Source of the DNA: Geosiphon pyriformis uo1
Taxonomy: Eukaryota; Fungi; Glomeromycota
Direction of reading: 5' to 3'
NCBI GenBank assembly: GCA_016748015.1
Contig: JAAOMT010000129.1
Coordinates: forward strand, 744,001 to 808,000
DNA: 64,000 bases
The notes under the pieces are model-generated. The model made no database searches. It had not been told where the DNA came from and saw only the letters and a program-made list of their open reading frames with translations. The position numbers and the translations under genes are program-made. Below are positions 12,401 to 25,600 of the stretch, piece after piece (within the stretch, counting starts at the first letter, position 1; each line of letters opens with the position of its first letter).

Positions 12401-15195
12401 TTAACTAGCTTTTTATGCTTAATATGATCTTTATAAACTCACATCGATAGGACACATTTGTCTCAAAAATTTTTGACATTGGAAATCAGCATGGCGATAA
12501 ATCATTTCTTCTATCAAAACTACTGCCGACGCCAGAAATGCGGGAAACGTTTCCTATGAAAATAATCGGGGTCATTTTATTGGATAAAATGAAAGGCAAA
12601 ACAAGACATCGATAATGAATCTGTTTTCCAACTTTTTCTTCACTCAATTTGACGTTGGTTAAGGAGTCTTGGATCTTTTTAACTTTATTGTAAACTTCAA
12701 TCTCGTTTACAGGATCTTTATATAATTGAAACTGTTTTGGAAAAATCACCGAGAGAATATCTTGAGCATTACATTCGTGTCGCTTAGCTTGGTTTAACAC
12801 ATCTGAATTATTATCATATTAAAGTTGCTTTAATTTATTCACATGTAACCTAGAACGAATTATAGAGTAAATTGCTTACGCTGAGGCGGTAAACCTAACC
12901 AAACAGTCTTTTTATCACCAGCAGAAATACAAATGGGCCCACGATAAAAAATATACACCCTTTTGAGCATTTCCGCAGTATCAGTTCTTTTACTGTAGAG
13001 ATAGAGGAATGTTGAATTTTATCCAAATCAATAAACAATAGGATTTCGTGAAAATTACCTCGAAAGAGTTTCCAATCGAGGAAGTTTATTGAAAGGCTCT
13101 TGAGACATCAGGTTCATTTCTGAAGTTGAAGATGAACCAACAGTGGTTTCGTTGTATGATTTCTTTGGCCTAATGTTATTGTTGTCGCTTGAGGTAAATG
13201 AATTAGTATTACTCTCCTTTCCAGATTCTCGTTGCCTACTATAATTGGAGAGGTTGTTGTTATAGGGGAAATTTTGGAACACCTTCAGTGGATTAATTGT
13301 TGTTTCACTTCAGACAGAGCAATTATTATAATCGATCATTTAAATTCAAAAAAAACCCCGATTACAGCTTTTCGATTAAAATTAAATTACCTTGATGTTT
13401 CTAATCGGAATTTTTTTTTTCTAGCAGGTTCTTGAGGGCTTAAGTTTATCATTGAAAGAGAGGATGAACAATCTTGACTCACTTGGTATGACCTCTTTTG
13501 AGAACTTTTTATGACTAGACTGTCACAGGGGACACCTGTATTAAATGTGATAATCAATGCGATGATCCAATGAATAGATCAATCGGTATTTGAAGATTTA
13601 CCAGTAGCTTGATAATAGCAATCATTCTGCAAGTGAATGAAGGTGGATGTCCATCTTAGCAGATGTGCCATTTCACATCCCCCAATCCTAATATCAACAA
13701 TAATTTAGTAGTTCTGCCATTAATATGGTTCCAAAAGACACTCATGAAATAAGGAAGACCCAAGATTTAATATATTGACTAACCGATTGAAAAGAATCTG
13801 CCAACAGGATGAGTTACGTATTTCGCTAAGAATACTATTAGGGTAATGATTGGTATATTCGGAATTTTTACTTCCCTAATAATTTATTTAGAGAAGAACA
13901 AAATAACATATATGATTGCTTTATATGTGAGTACTTTCAAATGACAAATTTTTTAAATAAAACCATACCTTCCAATAACCTCGCATGAGAACATTAGTTT
14001 TATCATAATCGCTGAACGTTTCGGGCTTATATTTTTCAACGAGCCATTTGATCACAGTGATCAAGACCTATTTAAAACGGAGTTGATGAAAATATTTAGG
14101 GTTAAAACGCAAAATAAAGTAAAATTTTATACCTCTTGCAAAGTCATCACATATTCCGGTTCAATTGATTGGATTAATGAATCAAAAAACCCATCATCTG
14201 TATCAGGCTGAACAAATGTAGTATTAATAAAAGTTTTATATTCTTCCGGATCGTCCTTCTGTAAAAATGCTTTTGGCCTATAGTTTCTTTTATTGATGAG
14301 ATAATCTTTCATCGACATAATTTTGGGATAGATAAGTTTCAATACTCGACCCAAAGGATGTTGTGAGTTATCGGTGATGAGGGTATTTTTTGAGGTCGGA
14401 GAAACTTTCTCAATTGACGAAGACATCAATTCGATGCTATCTATAGGATTGGTCAAAGGAGGGAAGGTCAATGGGGGGCCGAATCTTCTAGCATCGGAAA
14501 GTTCAAATGATCCCAATTTGATGTCAACAAATTGATAATAAGGGTTCATGAGCTCAGGGAGATATTGTGATCCCGGAATATCCCCGTGAGTATGTGTAAA
14601 GTCGATTATACGAAAGATTGGATCCCAACGTTGGGGACTAATAGGCACGTATGATAAGGAAAATCGCTTTAAAGCGATAAAGCTCCCCTCTTTCAATCCA
14701 TTACAGGGAGAATTACTGGAAGATAAGCAAAACATACAATCGTAAAAATGTTGGGTTTATTAAAAATGTGAAAGATGAACCCGTAAAGAGTTTTTTTCAA
14801 CTTTAAGTGAATTTAATTGTTTCTACAATTTTGAACTTTGAAAAATAAACGATATTTACCTGTCTAAACACACCTGTGGGAATACACAGGGAAGGTAGTA
14901 GCGCGAATCGTGAAGAAACGCGTTAATGGTGACTACCTTTAACCCTGAATCCGATAACGTTTCTCTGGTGGTTACCTTTTATTTTTGGAAACCCAGTTTA
15001 ATTTAAGTCTCAGTTGCAAGGACTTCAAAACAAAAAGCTAGCCAAATGTATTACTTTGAAAATTTGGGCTTGGAATTCAGAGTTGAATTCTGAAATGTTC
15101 CCGCGAGTTTCAAGTAATTTCTTAATCCACAATTTGTTAAGCAGTGGATAAGAAGCGGCCCACGCAGGCCAATTGTCTTTCTTACGAGGAAACAT
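9450..15195 (-). CDS. TERT: Telomerase reverse transcriptase with an N-terminal Est3/TPP1-like OB-fold extension; 25 exons, about 1288 aa
   Basis: Manual splice model, all phases consistent: 15195-15055, 14975-14860, 14715-14133, 14067-13969, 13875-13784, 13687-13602, 13535-13391, 13307-13059, 12992-12880, 12802-12633, 12553-12443, 12374-12233, 12166-12096, 12025-11918, 11831-11700, 11615-11421, 11349-11258, 11204-11108, 11025-10938, 10854-10706, 10627-10557, 10476-10422, 10351-10267, 10192-9961, 9894-9450. TEN/GQ motifs: [38 protein letters not shown]: FLRQMCP. QFP: [21 protein letters not shown]: [22 protein letters not shown]. Motifs 1/2: [14 protein letters not shown]: [15 protein letters not shown]': [19 protein letters not shown]: [10 protein letters not shown]: [15 protein letters not shown]: FPWCGLLI. 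Confidence 0.96.
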
Positions 15196-16045
15196 TTTTC
15201 AAAGGTAAAAATTTTTTTTTGACGCGTAGAAGGGCCAATCTACCATCATTACCCAGTGGTGATCGGCCACCTTGTAAAACCTACGCAAATTTTCGTTTAT
15301 AAGAGCCGTTTGGGGACTGCTGAAGATTACCTTCAATGCGCCGAAGCAGCGACAAAGTTAGATCAATTGCAAGATATCCGACTCTTTCGAAATATTATGA
15401 ATTTTAATATTTTGATTTAATTCATTTAAACAATCGCTATTGATTTTGTAAGGCAAAGATGTGTGGAAACATAATCCCACATCATCCGATCCAAAGAGAA
15501 GAAACATTGCTACTATTAGCCAGAATGAAATTATATCATCCCTCTTAGCAGTCTTGCAAGCCTAACTCTCTAATTTGATCTACCAGTTTATTGAATCTTC
15601 AGAGTATTTTCATTGAAAAGCTTCAAAAGCCAGAAAGAACAATTTGAGTGAAATTAGAAATAATAATATATTAAAAAAGCCAATCATTCAGTTACGTTCT
15701 TGAAAAATTTCCACAAGATATCCAAAGGAGTCCCTTCGTTTTTGATTGCAGCCAAGATTAAATGGTCCCATCGCGTCAAATCATTTAGCTATATTATCAA
15801 TGTCGGAATTTGGTAGCCGAAAAATTCCAATAATTCGTATTTCCCAAAACTTTGGAACTACTCTTTTATCATCCAGTTCAACTATAATTGAATAAGGAAC
15901 TAGTAATGAATGGAAATATCGGGATCAAGGGTGCTTTCACCTGACGAAATTAAGCTATTTACCCTTTTTGCTTGGAGAGAAGCAAATTATTTATTCTCAG
16001 CGTTTAAGATTATGCAAATATTTATTAGATGATGCAATGAATATA

Positions 16046-16091
16046 ATTGAGTAATTGAGTGATTGAGTGATTGAGTAATTGATTGAATGAG
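16046..16091. repeat. 8-bp tandem repeat ATTGAGT(A/G), 4-5 copies
   Basis: attgagta attgagtg attgagtg attgagta attgattg at the edge of the TERT upstream island. Confidence 0.75.
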
Positions 16092-16559
16092 CTCAAAAGA
16101 ATGTAGAAGATTACTTGCTAGAATGATCAGATAACTAATAATGTGGAAAAAAAATTTTATGAAATTTCTTATTTACTATTTTTAATCAAAAAACTTTGTA
16201 AATTTTAATATATTATCAATTAAGCAAATGTGTTTTCATTTGCAGTAAAAATTATTTTCTAAAAGATTAGTATTAATATAATTTTTAAACTTACTTTTAA
16301 GCTAACAAAACTTTTATATATTAGTAATCAAATTGACAATATTATTAATTTGTTTTTTTTTAAAAAAAACATAAATTTGCAATATTAAAACAGATTTTTT
16401 TTTATAATTAACAAAAAAAACCAGATCTATTAAAGCATTAATGAATTAAATAATAAATTCAATTAATTAAAACAGTTTAATTAACCAAAATTTTAAATAT
16501 TTTAATTTTAATTTATAAATTATATTAAAAAATATAACAAAAAAACCAAAATTATGTAA

Positions 16560-17160
16560 TAATTATTACTAATTTAAAATTCACAAATTTTAACTAATTT
16601 TAATAATTACTTAATTAATTCCAAATTTAAACAAAACATTTCTATTTTTTTCTTATATTATTAAATAATCTATAATCAAAATTTTTTATAAAAAAATTGA
16701 TTTTTATAATAAAATAATTATACATAATTTAAAAAGCTTATAAATAAAAATTTCTGTAAAAAAATTAACTTACTATAAAATAACTACACAAAATAATTTG
16801 CATAAAATTAAATATTTTATTATAAATTTAACAACACAAATAATTCAAAGTATAAAAAAATATTTTAAAAATAAATTAACTTATTAGAAATTTAATAATT
16901 TTTATTAACAATAAAATTAACAACAAAATAATATTAATAATATTAAAAAAAAACCAAAATTTTTAGTAATAATATTTTTATAAAACATTATTAAACAGCT
17001 TTTATAATTGTTAATATTTTATTAATAAAGAAATTACTAATTGTTTCAAATAATAAAAAAGATAAAAAAATTACAGTTTTTTATTTTTTATTCTGGTTAT
17101 AATTATAAAATTAAAAAAAAAAGTGTTTTATTAATTATCTTAAAATTTAAATACTTTTAA
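16560..17160 (+). repeat. Unclassified extremely AT-rich dispersed repeat (one copy of several)
   Basis: tatattattaaataatctataatcaaaatt...aaaagcttataaataa recurs at about 30200-30500 and, split by LINE copy 2, at about 19585-19640 plus 27400-27620. An adjacent block recurs at about 19280-19480, 29640-29900 and 36190-36360. Confidence 0.7.
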
Positions 17161-19639
17161 TAATAAAAGTTTTTTTATATAAAACATATTTTATGATTAT
17201 TTAAAAATTAATTGGCAAAAATAATTTTTAATTTTACAAAAATTAAAGTAAATTTTAAAAACTTACTTTAAAATATGTAAATTTATTAATCTATATTTAA
17301 AATTTTGCCAAAAATTTTTGTAGTATTTAAAAAAATCAATACCAAAACATATATTTTTAAATTTTATTTTTTGCAAATACTTTTAAATATAAAATTAAAT
17401 TAAATTTTGTAATTAGCAATAAATTATAAAATTATTAAAACCAAATATAAAAACTGTTTATTAGAAATATTTTTTTTTAAAATTATATTAAAAAAATTTA
17501 TATATTAAAATAAGTTTTTTTATATTTAATTTAATCAAATTTTTGGTTACTAAAAATATATTCAAGTAGAAACAAAATTTATTAAGCTTTTTTTTATTAA
17601 ATATTTAACAAATACAGTTCAGCAAAAATTTAGTATATATAAACAGATTAAAAGTTTATAATTAAATATTGTTTATGTATTTTCTATATATAATCAGTTA
17701 TTTAAATTAATTAAAACAATACTATTTACTTATAATAACATTAATACTATTAAACAAACCAAAAAAAAATACATACTAATCATATAAATTTCAATTAATA
17801 ATAATAATATTATCAATATTTAATACTTAAATTACACTATTTAATAAAAATTCAGCCAATTTTTGTAAATTATAAGAAATTACTAAATTATCATAAACCA
17901 AATCACTTTTTTTTATTGTTATTTTGTATTTGGATCTATATAATTAAATCTTATTTCTATAACTTTTTATTAAATACTAAATTAAAAAAACAACAAATTT
18001 TCTAACCAAATTAGTATTTTTAAAGCTTTTATATACTAATTATTAAAAATCATACTTTAATACAAAGCTATATATCAAGCACCAGAAATCTTAAAATATA
18101 TTATTAAAAAAAACAATATAAAAATATTTATATAAAAAACTCATAAATCCAAAATTTTATTCAATAATTTAAAATAAATTTTTATATTAAAAATACATAT
18201 AAAAATATAATCCAAAATCTTAATTTTACTACAATAAAAACAAATTACTTCTAAATAATATTTATTATATAGTTATTTATAAATAATAATTAAAAACTTT
18301 TTATAAACAACTTTTATTATATAAATATGAAAACCAGTAATATACTTATTAATAAAATCTGAATATATATTTAAATTTGGCTGTTAAATTATTAAAATAC
18401 ATTATTAATTTAATATCTTTAATTATAATCTAAAAAATAATATTAGTTTTAAGACTTAATTTTTATTTAGTATTTTTAATTGATTTATAAATTTGATAAA
18501 CAAAATAACAAATATTGTTTAATATAGTCTTGTTTTTAATCTTAAATTTTATAATTAAAATAATCATTGTTTTATTTATTATTATCTAAATAAAAAATCA
18601 ATTAATTACAAAAAAAAATATAATTAATATATATATTAATACAAAATAATATATAATAATTAATAAAAATATTAAATAATAAATAATAATATAAAATAAT
18701 TATTAACAAAATAATATAAAAAATAGTATAAAATAACAAAATTTTAAAAATTATTTTATAAAATTAAAATATTTATATATATAAATAATTTTAATTTAAA
18801 AAATATATTTAGCTTTAAATTTTAATTTTAATTTTAAATATATTATATAAAACAATAATTTTTTTGATTAATAATAATAAAAATTTTGTTATTTTTGTTA
18901 TTAAAACTAATTAATAATTAAAAACAGTTATTATTATATTAAAAACTTGAAATAAATAATAATATATTATTAAATATTAACAAATTTTAACATAACTTAA
19001 AAAATTTTACTAAAAACATTAAAAGCAATTTTAATATTAACAATAATAATATTTTTAAATATATTTATAAAGCAAATAATAATAATAAAAATTTAACAAT
19101 TTTAAAAATAAAAAAATTAATAGAATTAATAAACTTGATTTAAAAGATAATATTTATTCATTTATTAAAATAAAAAAAATAATATTTAATAAAATTTAAA
19201 AAATAAATTTTATACAAAACAGTTTATATTGTTTTTAAACATAAATTTTATATTTATTTTCAAATAAAAATTAAATTATTAATTAGCATATAATTATTCT
19301 TATAATTTTTATTATTAATTAATATATATTATTATTTATTATTTAGCTAAATTATCAAATATAATTTGTATAATATATAAATAAAACTAAAATATAATAA
19401 TTAAATTATATAATATTTTAAACTATATAATATTTAAAAATTTGCTAAAATAATTTATAATTTGCCAAATATATATTTAATTTATTGAAATAAAAAAATA
19501 TTAAAATTTAAAATAGTATTTTTATAAATTATATAAAAAAAAATATTTTAAAACATTAATTAATTAATTATTTTAATTTTTTTTTTATATTATTAAATAG
19601 TTTACAATTAAAATTTTCTGTAAAAAAGTTAACTTTTAT

Positions 19640-22600
19640 AATAAAGATGAATAAAAACTTCTTTTTTTCTTATCTTCAAAAAACTCTAAAAAGCAATTTA
19701 TTTTGAAAAAGTTTTTATTTTTTTTTGCTATTTTTTGAAAAAATTTTTCAATCAAATAATTCTTTTGTGGTAAACCTGGCTGCTGCTTCAGGTAGTACTA
19801 TGTCTATGAAAAAAATGCCCAAAGGGGTTCTTCATAGCTTTGTTGAGAGTTTTTTTTCTTAGAAAAAGAGAGTTTCTGTTGGTAATGTCAAGTATTCTAG
19901 AGATAAAAAAGATATCTCTTTGGTCAAACTTAATCCTGGTAATAGTGTATATTTAGATATAAACAGTGTATCTGGTAACAGTAAAAATGATAATTTTTTT
20001 TTTGGTGTTGGCAATAATTCTCTTTTTGATTCGGCAGCAAATATCCCTAAGGCTAAAAAGATAATTACTGATCTGATTTGTGGCTCCCCTTTTGGCTTAA
20101 TTGATTATGGCATGGACAAAGACAATGGGCCCCTCTTTCCTTCTCTTAAAATTTTTCTTGATAAAAAGTGGGTTGATCCAAAAATTGTCAAATCTCAAGT
20201 TGAAGTATTTATTAGAAAGTTTTTTGTTCTTGACATCAATTTTAGTGCTATAGAAGGAAAATCAGTGACAGCAAAGACTCAATTCATCAGAAAATTTTTT
20301 TCATTAGTCAATGGTTTTGGAGGGACTACTACCCTTTCAAAATTTAAAAGGATTATCCACTCTATATTTACATCTAAGGAGAATTTGAAAAAGGCCATGT
20401 TATTGGCTAAAAATAAGGGAATCATCATAAACAATGATCTTAAAAAACAAGAAATCCATTTGAATTGGGTTGTGATTGTTAAAAAAATTTTCATAGATAT
20501 GTCTAAGAAAATGATCATTGCAGCTTTATCTGAATTTGGTCAAGTAGTGTCAATCCAATTACAGCTCATTGGGCTGTGACAAAAGGCTGTGGTTGAATTT
20601 GCCGAATCTAGCCAGGCTGAGCAGTTGGCTTTAAGATGGTCCTTTTTAATTGGGAAAGATTCAGTTTATGTGGCTATGGCCATAAAAAATTAGAATATTT
20701 GGGTATTTAGAGATTGGTTTAGAGTGCTTCTGTTTACTTTGCCTATGGGTACAACAGCACATAATTTTGAGACTCTCTTGAAAGGAGCTAATGAAAAAAC
20801 TTGCATTATAAATCAATCTTTAGAAACTGGCAATAGGATTTGCTGTGCTGTAGTTGGCTTCAACTCTGATGAGAAATTGGAATCTGCTTTTCATACAAAG
20901 CCGATTTTTGGTAGTGTAAAGCTTTCTTGGACTAGGTTAGACTTGGTTTATTGTGAGAAATGTGGGTATTTTGAACATTCAATTCTGAAATGTAATGTGT
21001 TAAAAGTATTTGCTCTGCTGTTTTCTAAAAAACCATATAAGAGAGTTGTTCCTCAAGAGATTCATTTTCAGTTAGCCAAACTGTACAGGAAAAAGAATGT
21101 TCCAATTTCTTAGTCTGCTTCTTTTGGTGGCAGATCATGAGCCTAAGTAATTACATTAAATAACTCCTCTGGTGATCATCATTTCAGTACTGGTTCTGAT
21201 TCCTTTTTCTTCAGTTCTTTAGGTTTAAGTAGTAGTTCTCCTTTTGTTCCAATCTGTAATGTGTCTTTAAGTGATTATTTGGCTTCTTTGGAATGCTCCC
21301 TAGAGCTTTTGACAGATCAGATTTCTGGTATTACATGCAAACTCAATGACATGAAATTGGTATCTTTAATCTCCATTCTCTTTCCTCTTGTCTTGGCTGT
21401 TTTGAAAGCCACCAATTTGGATTTAGGTTCCAATATGATTTTAGATGGCCCTAAAATAGTGCTTTTGCCTCCTTCTTTTGTTTTTCCTGATGTTTCGACT
21501 TTGAGTTTAAGTTGTTTAAAAGTTTTGACCACCAAGATGGGTTGTTTGGAATTGAAGTTAGCAGTTCTGGAGGCATTTATTGGTTCAGTTTTAGCAAAGT
21601 TAGAGCAAGTTTGTGCTGTTTCAATTCTTTCTGCAAATATTTTTTCTCAATGAGCAAGCTGGTATAAAAAATAGTCACATGCAATGTTCAGAGTATTAAT
21701 GTTCCTGCTAAGCAAAAGGACATTATTTGTTGACATAAAGATTCAGAAAATATGGTTTCAATCATTACAGAAACAAAGTTAAGATTTACTATTAGGCCAT
21801 AGATAATGAATAAGTTTGATGGTATTCATATTTTTACATCTGGTTTGAATAAGGGTTTTTTTGGAGCTAAAATAACTATTATTATGAACAATTTTTTGAC
21901 ATGGCACATGTCTAAGGTAGAAGAAATTCCTGATTGGGTTATTTCAATGAAACTTTTATTCAAAGGGAAACAGTCAGTTATGATATTAGATTTATATGCT
22001 GGTGTGTCTGCTAAAGTGAGATTTAGTCAGACATTAGATGTTAATTCATCTATTGTTAAGGTAGTCAACACTAATACATTTGTGGTTTTAGGTGGAAATT
22101 TCAATGAGGATAGTGCTAAAAAAAGTACAAGTTTCAAGTTTTGTTTGAATCTGAGATTGGTTAACTCATTTCATAAACATTCTTTGGTCAAAGTTCTTAC
22201 TTGGAGCAATTTCAGGAGCATAAAAAAGGTCATCAATTTTATTTTTGTAAACCAAGATATGGCTTCTGCTATTGCTGACCATAGAGTTTTTTCTGTGTCT
22301 AAATTTTTTGATACCAATTACAAAACTGTTTCAATTGCCATTGGTTTGGGTGGTCTGCTGAATTTTCACCTTAGTGTTGAACAGAGGCAGGCAAATAGAG
22401 ATAGATGGAAGTTCAGAATTAAGGATGCCAGTACAGACAAATAGTCACAGTTCAGGACTCTGTCTTTGGGCAAATTTTTACAGTTGGGGTCTGGCTTTAG
22501 TAATATGAAAAGTTATAATAACTTAGATGCTATGTAGAAGTTACTTAGAGAGATAGTAGTTAGTTCTGTCAACAATATGTTTTCTAGATTGTAATTTAGT

Positions 22601-25600
22601 GAATTTGATTGTTCTAGAAATAGGCAGTCTTCAAGGTTTTTTAGGCTGAAAATATTGGTGGCCAAGCTTGTAGAGAGACCAAAATTTGGGCACTTTTTGT
22701 TTTCTGAATGTTTGGTCTTCAATTGATAAAGAAAAACCTCTGTAGTTCATAATATAATTAATAATAATACTAGTTCAGTAGTGGTTTTTTATCATCTTTT
22801 AAGGATCAAAAAGAGTTATTACAAGTCTAAATATTATAAATTCAAGATTGCCAAGGATGAGTTTATCAAAGTGGCTATTAAGAAATACATGAATAATTTT
22901 TGTTCAAATAAAAGTCATATGATTAGAAGTATTTTGGAATGGCTATTTCGAATAATTGTGCTTAATCATTTAATAGTTGACAATTATTTGATCTTAGACC
23001 CATGTAAAATTAAAGCCATGATTGATAAGATTATGATAGGATAGACGGGATAGTGTGCAGTGCCTAGTGTATGGTCTGATTAATAATTCAACTAATACAC
23101 TCCCTTAAATCATGTTAATGATAGTGCATTTGCTGGTGTTATGTGTAAAATCAGGTTAAAGAAATTTCTCCAGATTGTTAAAAATTTGTCAGATGATAAA
23201 GCTGCAAGTCAGTTTGATATTCCTAATAAGCTTTGGAAGCATGGTGATGAGTAGGTCTTGGCTAGTTTACTAGATATTCTAAATTTGTGTTTGATGTTAG
23301 GTAAGATTCCTAAGAAATAAAAACATGCCTGGGTTTTTATGATACCAAAACCATATAAGTAGGAGGGTAATTTTACTAATGCCAGACCTATAGTCTTAAT
23401 TGAATCTATTCAGAAAGTTTTGTCAAAAATCTTGTTTAATAGGATCTCATCTGTCTGTAGCAATTATGATGTCTTACATGGTGACAACTTTTTGGTTTTG
23501 AAAGGTACTTCCACTCAAACCCCAATTTTTTCTATTGGTTCTTTGGTGAAGAATGTATTAGAAAAGAACAGGGAATTATGATTGGTCCTTTAAGACATGC
23601 AGAAAGCATATAATTTTGTTGGATGATTACATTTAAGGAACAGCTTGACCAGGATTAAAATGTGTCCCTGTTTTACAAAGTTTTTTGAACATATATACAA
23701 TGGCTAGATCAATTGCATTATGACAGATTTTGGGCTTATTGATGAGTATGCTGTCCATAATGGCTTAGATTAGGAAGAGATTTTTTTATTTTTACTGTGG
23801 AGAATTTTTTATGATTCTTTGCTCTGTGAAGTTAAGAGACATGAACAGTTGTATGGGTACAGAATTTGTTCTAATTTTTTCACAAAGACTGGCAAAGTTG
23901 ATCTTAAACACAACAAACCTTCTTTTTTTACTGCCAGCATTGTTACTTATAGAATATAAGAATTAAATATTAGTACATAAATTAGCCAAATCAAAATAAA
24001 TGTAGTAAATGTAAAATTCCAAGATTCCTTTCAGAGAAATTGCAGGATTCTAGGAATTTCAGAATTCTTGTATGAAGAATTACAGGATTCCAGAATTTCA
24101 GAATTTCTTTCAAAGAAATTGCAGGATTCCAGGAATTTCAGAATTCCTGGCTAAAGAATTGAGAAATTCAAGGAATTTCATACAATGAAATTTATATATA
24201 TATAACAGTAGTATCAAAAACTAAAAAATTAGTCAAGTAGACTCCCAAAGTCAATTAGGCTCAAAGTTAAGAAGACTAAGAGTCAGTAGAACTCTTAGAG
24301 TCAATTAGACTCACAGGTCATAATTATTAAATATTCTTTCTTCAAAAGATAAAATATTATAACTTGAAGTGAAATCACTTCCATATTAATAAAATTATCT
24401 ATTATCCTTAAATCCATGTTATTATCCACTACTTAACCTGCTGGCACAATAGCTCTTGATCACAGCTATTGACAAGACATTTATTTCTTATTTTATTTTC
24501 TTTATTTCTTTATTTTCTTTTATTTTTTTTATTTTTTTTTATTTTCTTTTGTTGTTCACTAAATTGATTAAAAGGATTAAGCACTAAGTTACAGACATAA
24601 TAAGAACTAGTAAAAAACCCGTGAAACAAGAGTAGAACACTCATAATTAAGGATAGCTTACCAGGAAAATTACTAGCCACCATGCTGAGAAGGAAATTTG
24701 ACAGAATTGCAATTCCGAAAGGCTACTGAAACACTATTGAATCTCTGTCTATTATACAAAAAACTCCACAACAAAACCTTCAGATCAACAAATCTTCAGA
24801 TACTAATGCCAATATTAGCAATTAAGCACCAAGTTACAGATTTGTTATTTGCTTTGAAACCCCAAATAATTACTTGTAACAGCATCTTTATTAATAATAC
24901 TATTTGGATTGAAAATTGTATAGTGGCTACATAACAAATTTTGAACATTGCAAGTGAATTTTTTTTAATTAATAATATTTCAATTAATATGGACAAGACA
25001 ATCACAATTCCTATTAATTAAGGTGCCAAGAAAGCTTTGTTTTCAATTAGTAGTTTAAGCATACCTATAGCCAAAAAGCATGAATTTCATTGATACTTGG
25101 AGATTTTTTTGTCAACTGATAGCTTATCTGTACCAAGTATGACTAGGGCTCATAAGGATATAAGATTTTTTTCTAATGTGGTTTTGTGGAAAGCCATTAC
25201 AGAGAAGCAATTTTTGTATTTAATATCTACTGTTTTACAGCCTATTATAAGCTACAAGTTGCAATTTAGTTGGGTTTTACAGAGTGTGTGTGGAAAATAG
25301 AACAGTTTGATAAGGAAAAACCTAAAGCTTAAAGCTAATTTGTCTAAAGATTTCCAAATGAAGTATTGTATCACCCAAAGCTTTATGGCTTAAGAACTTT
25401 TGTGCAATTACTGTCTGAGAATCTGATGGCTAATTTTATTAACTTCACTAATGCTGATGGAATCCTCAGTGATTTATTCATACACAGAGCTATGGATTTA
25501 CAGACTGTTAGCTAGATGTTCTGGCATCTCTTTTATGCTCCAATTAAGCTGTCAATAAATCTAATAAATTGTTTTTTAGCAGATATAACACATGTTCTGG

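Noticed and set aside
14096-14104. Template-like UAACCCUAA in TERT intron 3 (sense strand)
   Set aside because: A single 9-mer in a 65-nt intron with no room for pseudoknot or other TER domains; plausible by chance in AT-rich DNA.
14716-14859. Micro-exon in the unusually long (144 nt) TERT intron 2
   Set aside because: Internal AG acceptors lead to stops or implausibly short introns, and direct splicing already preserves the frame.
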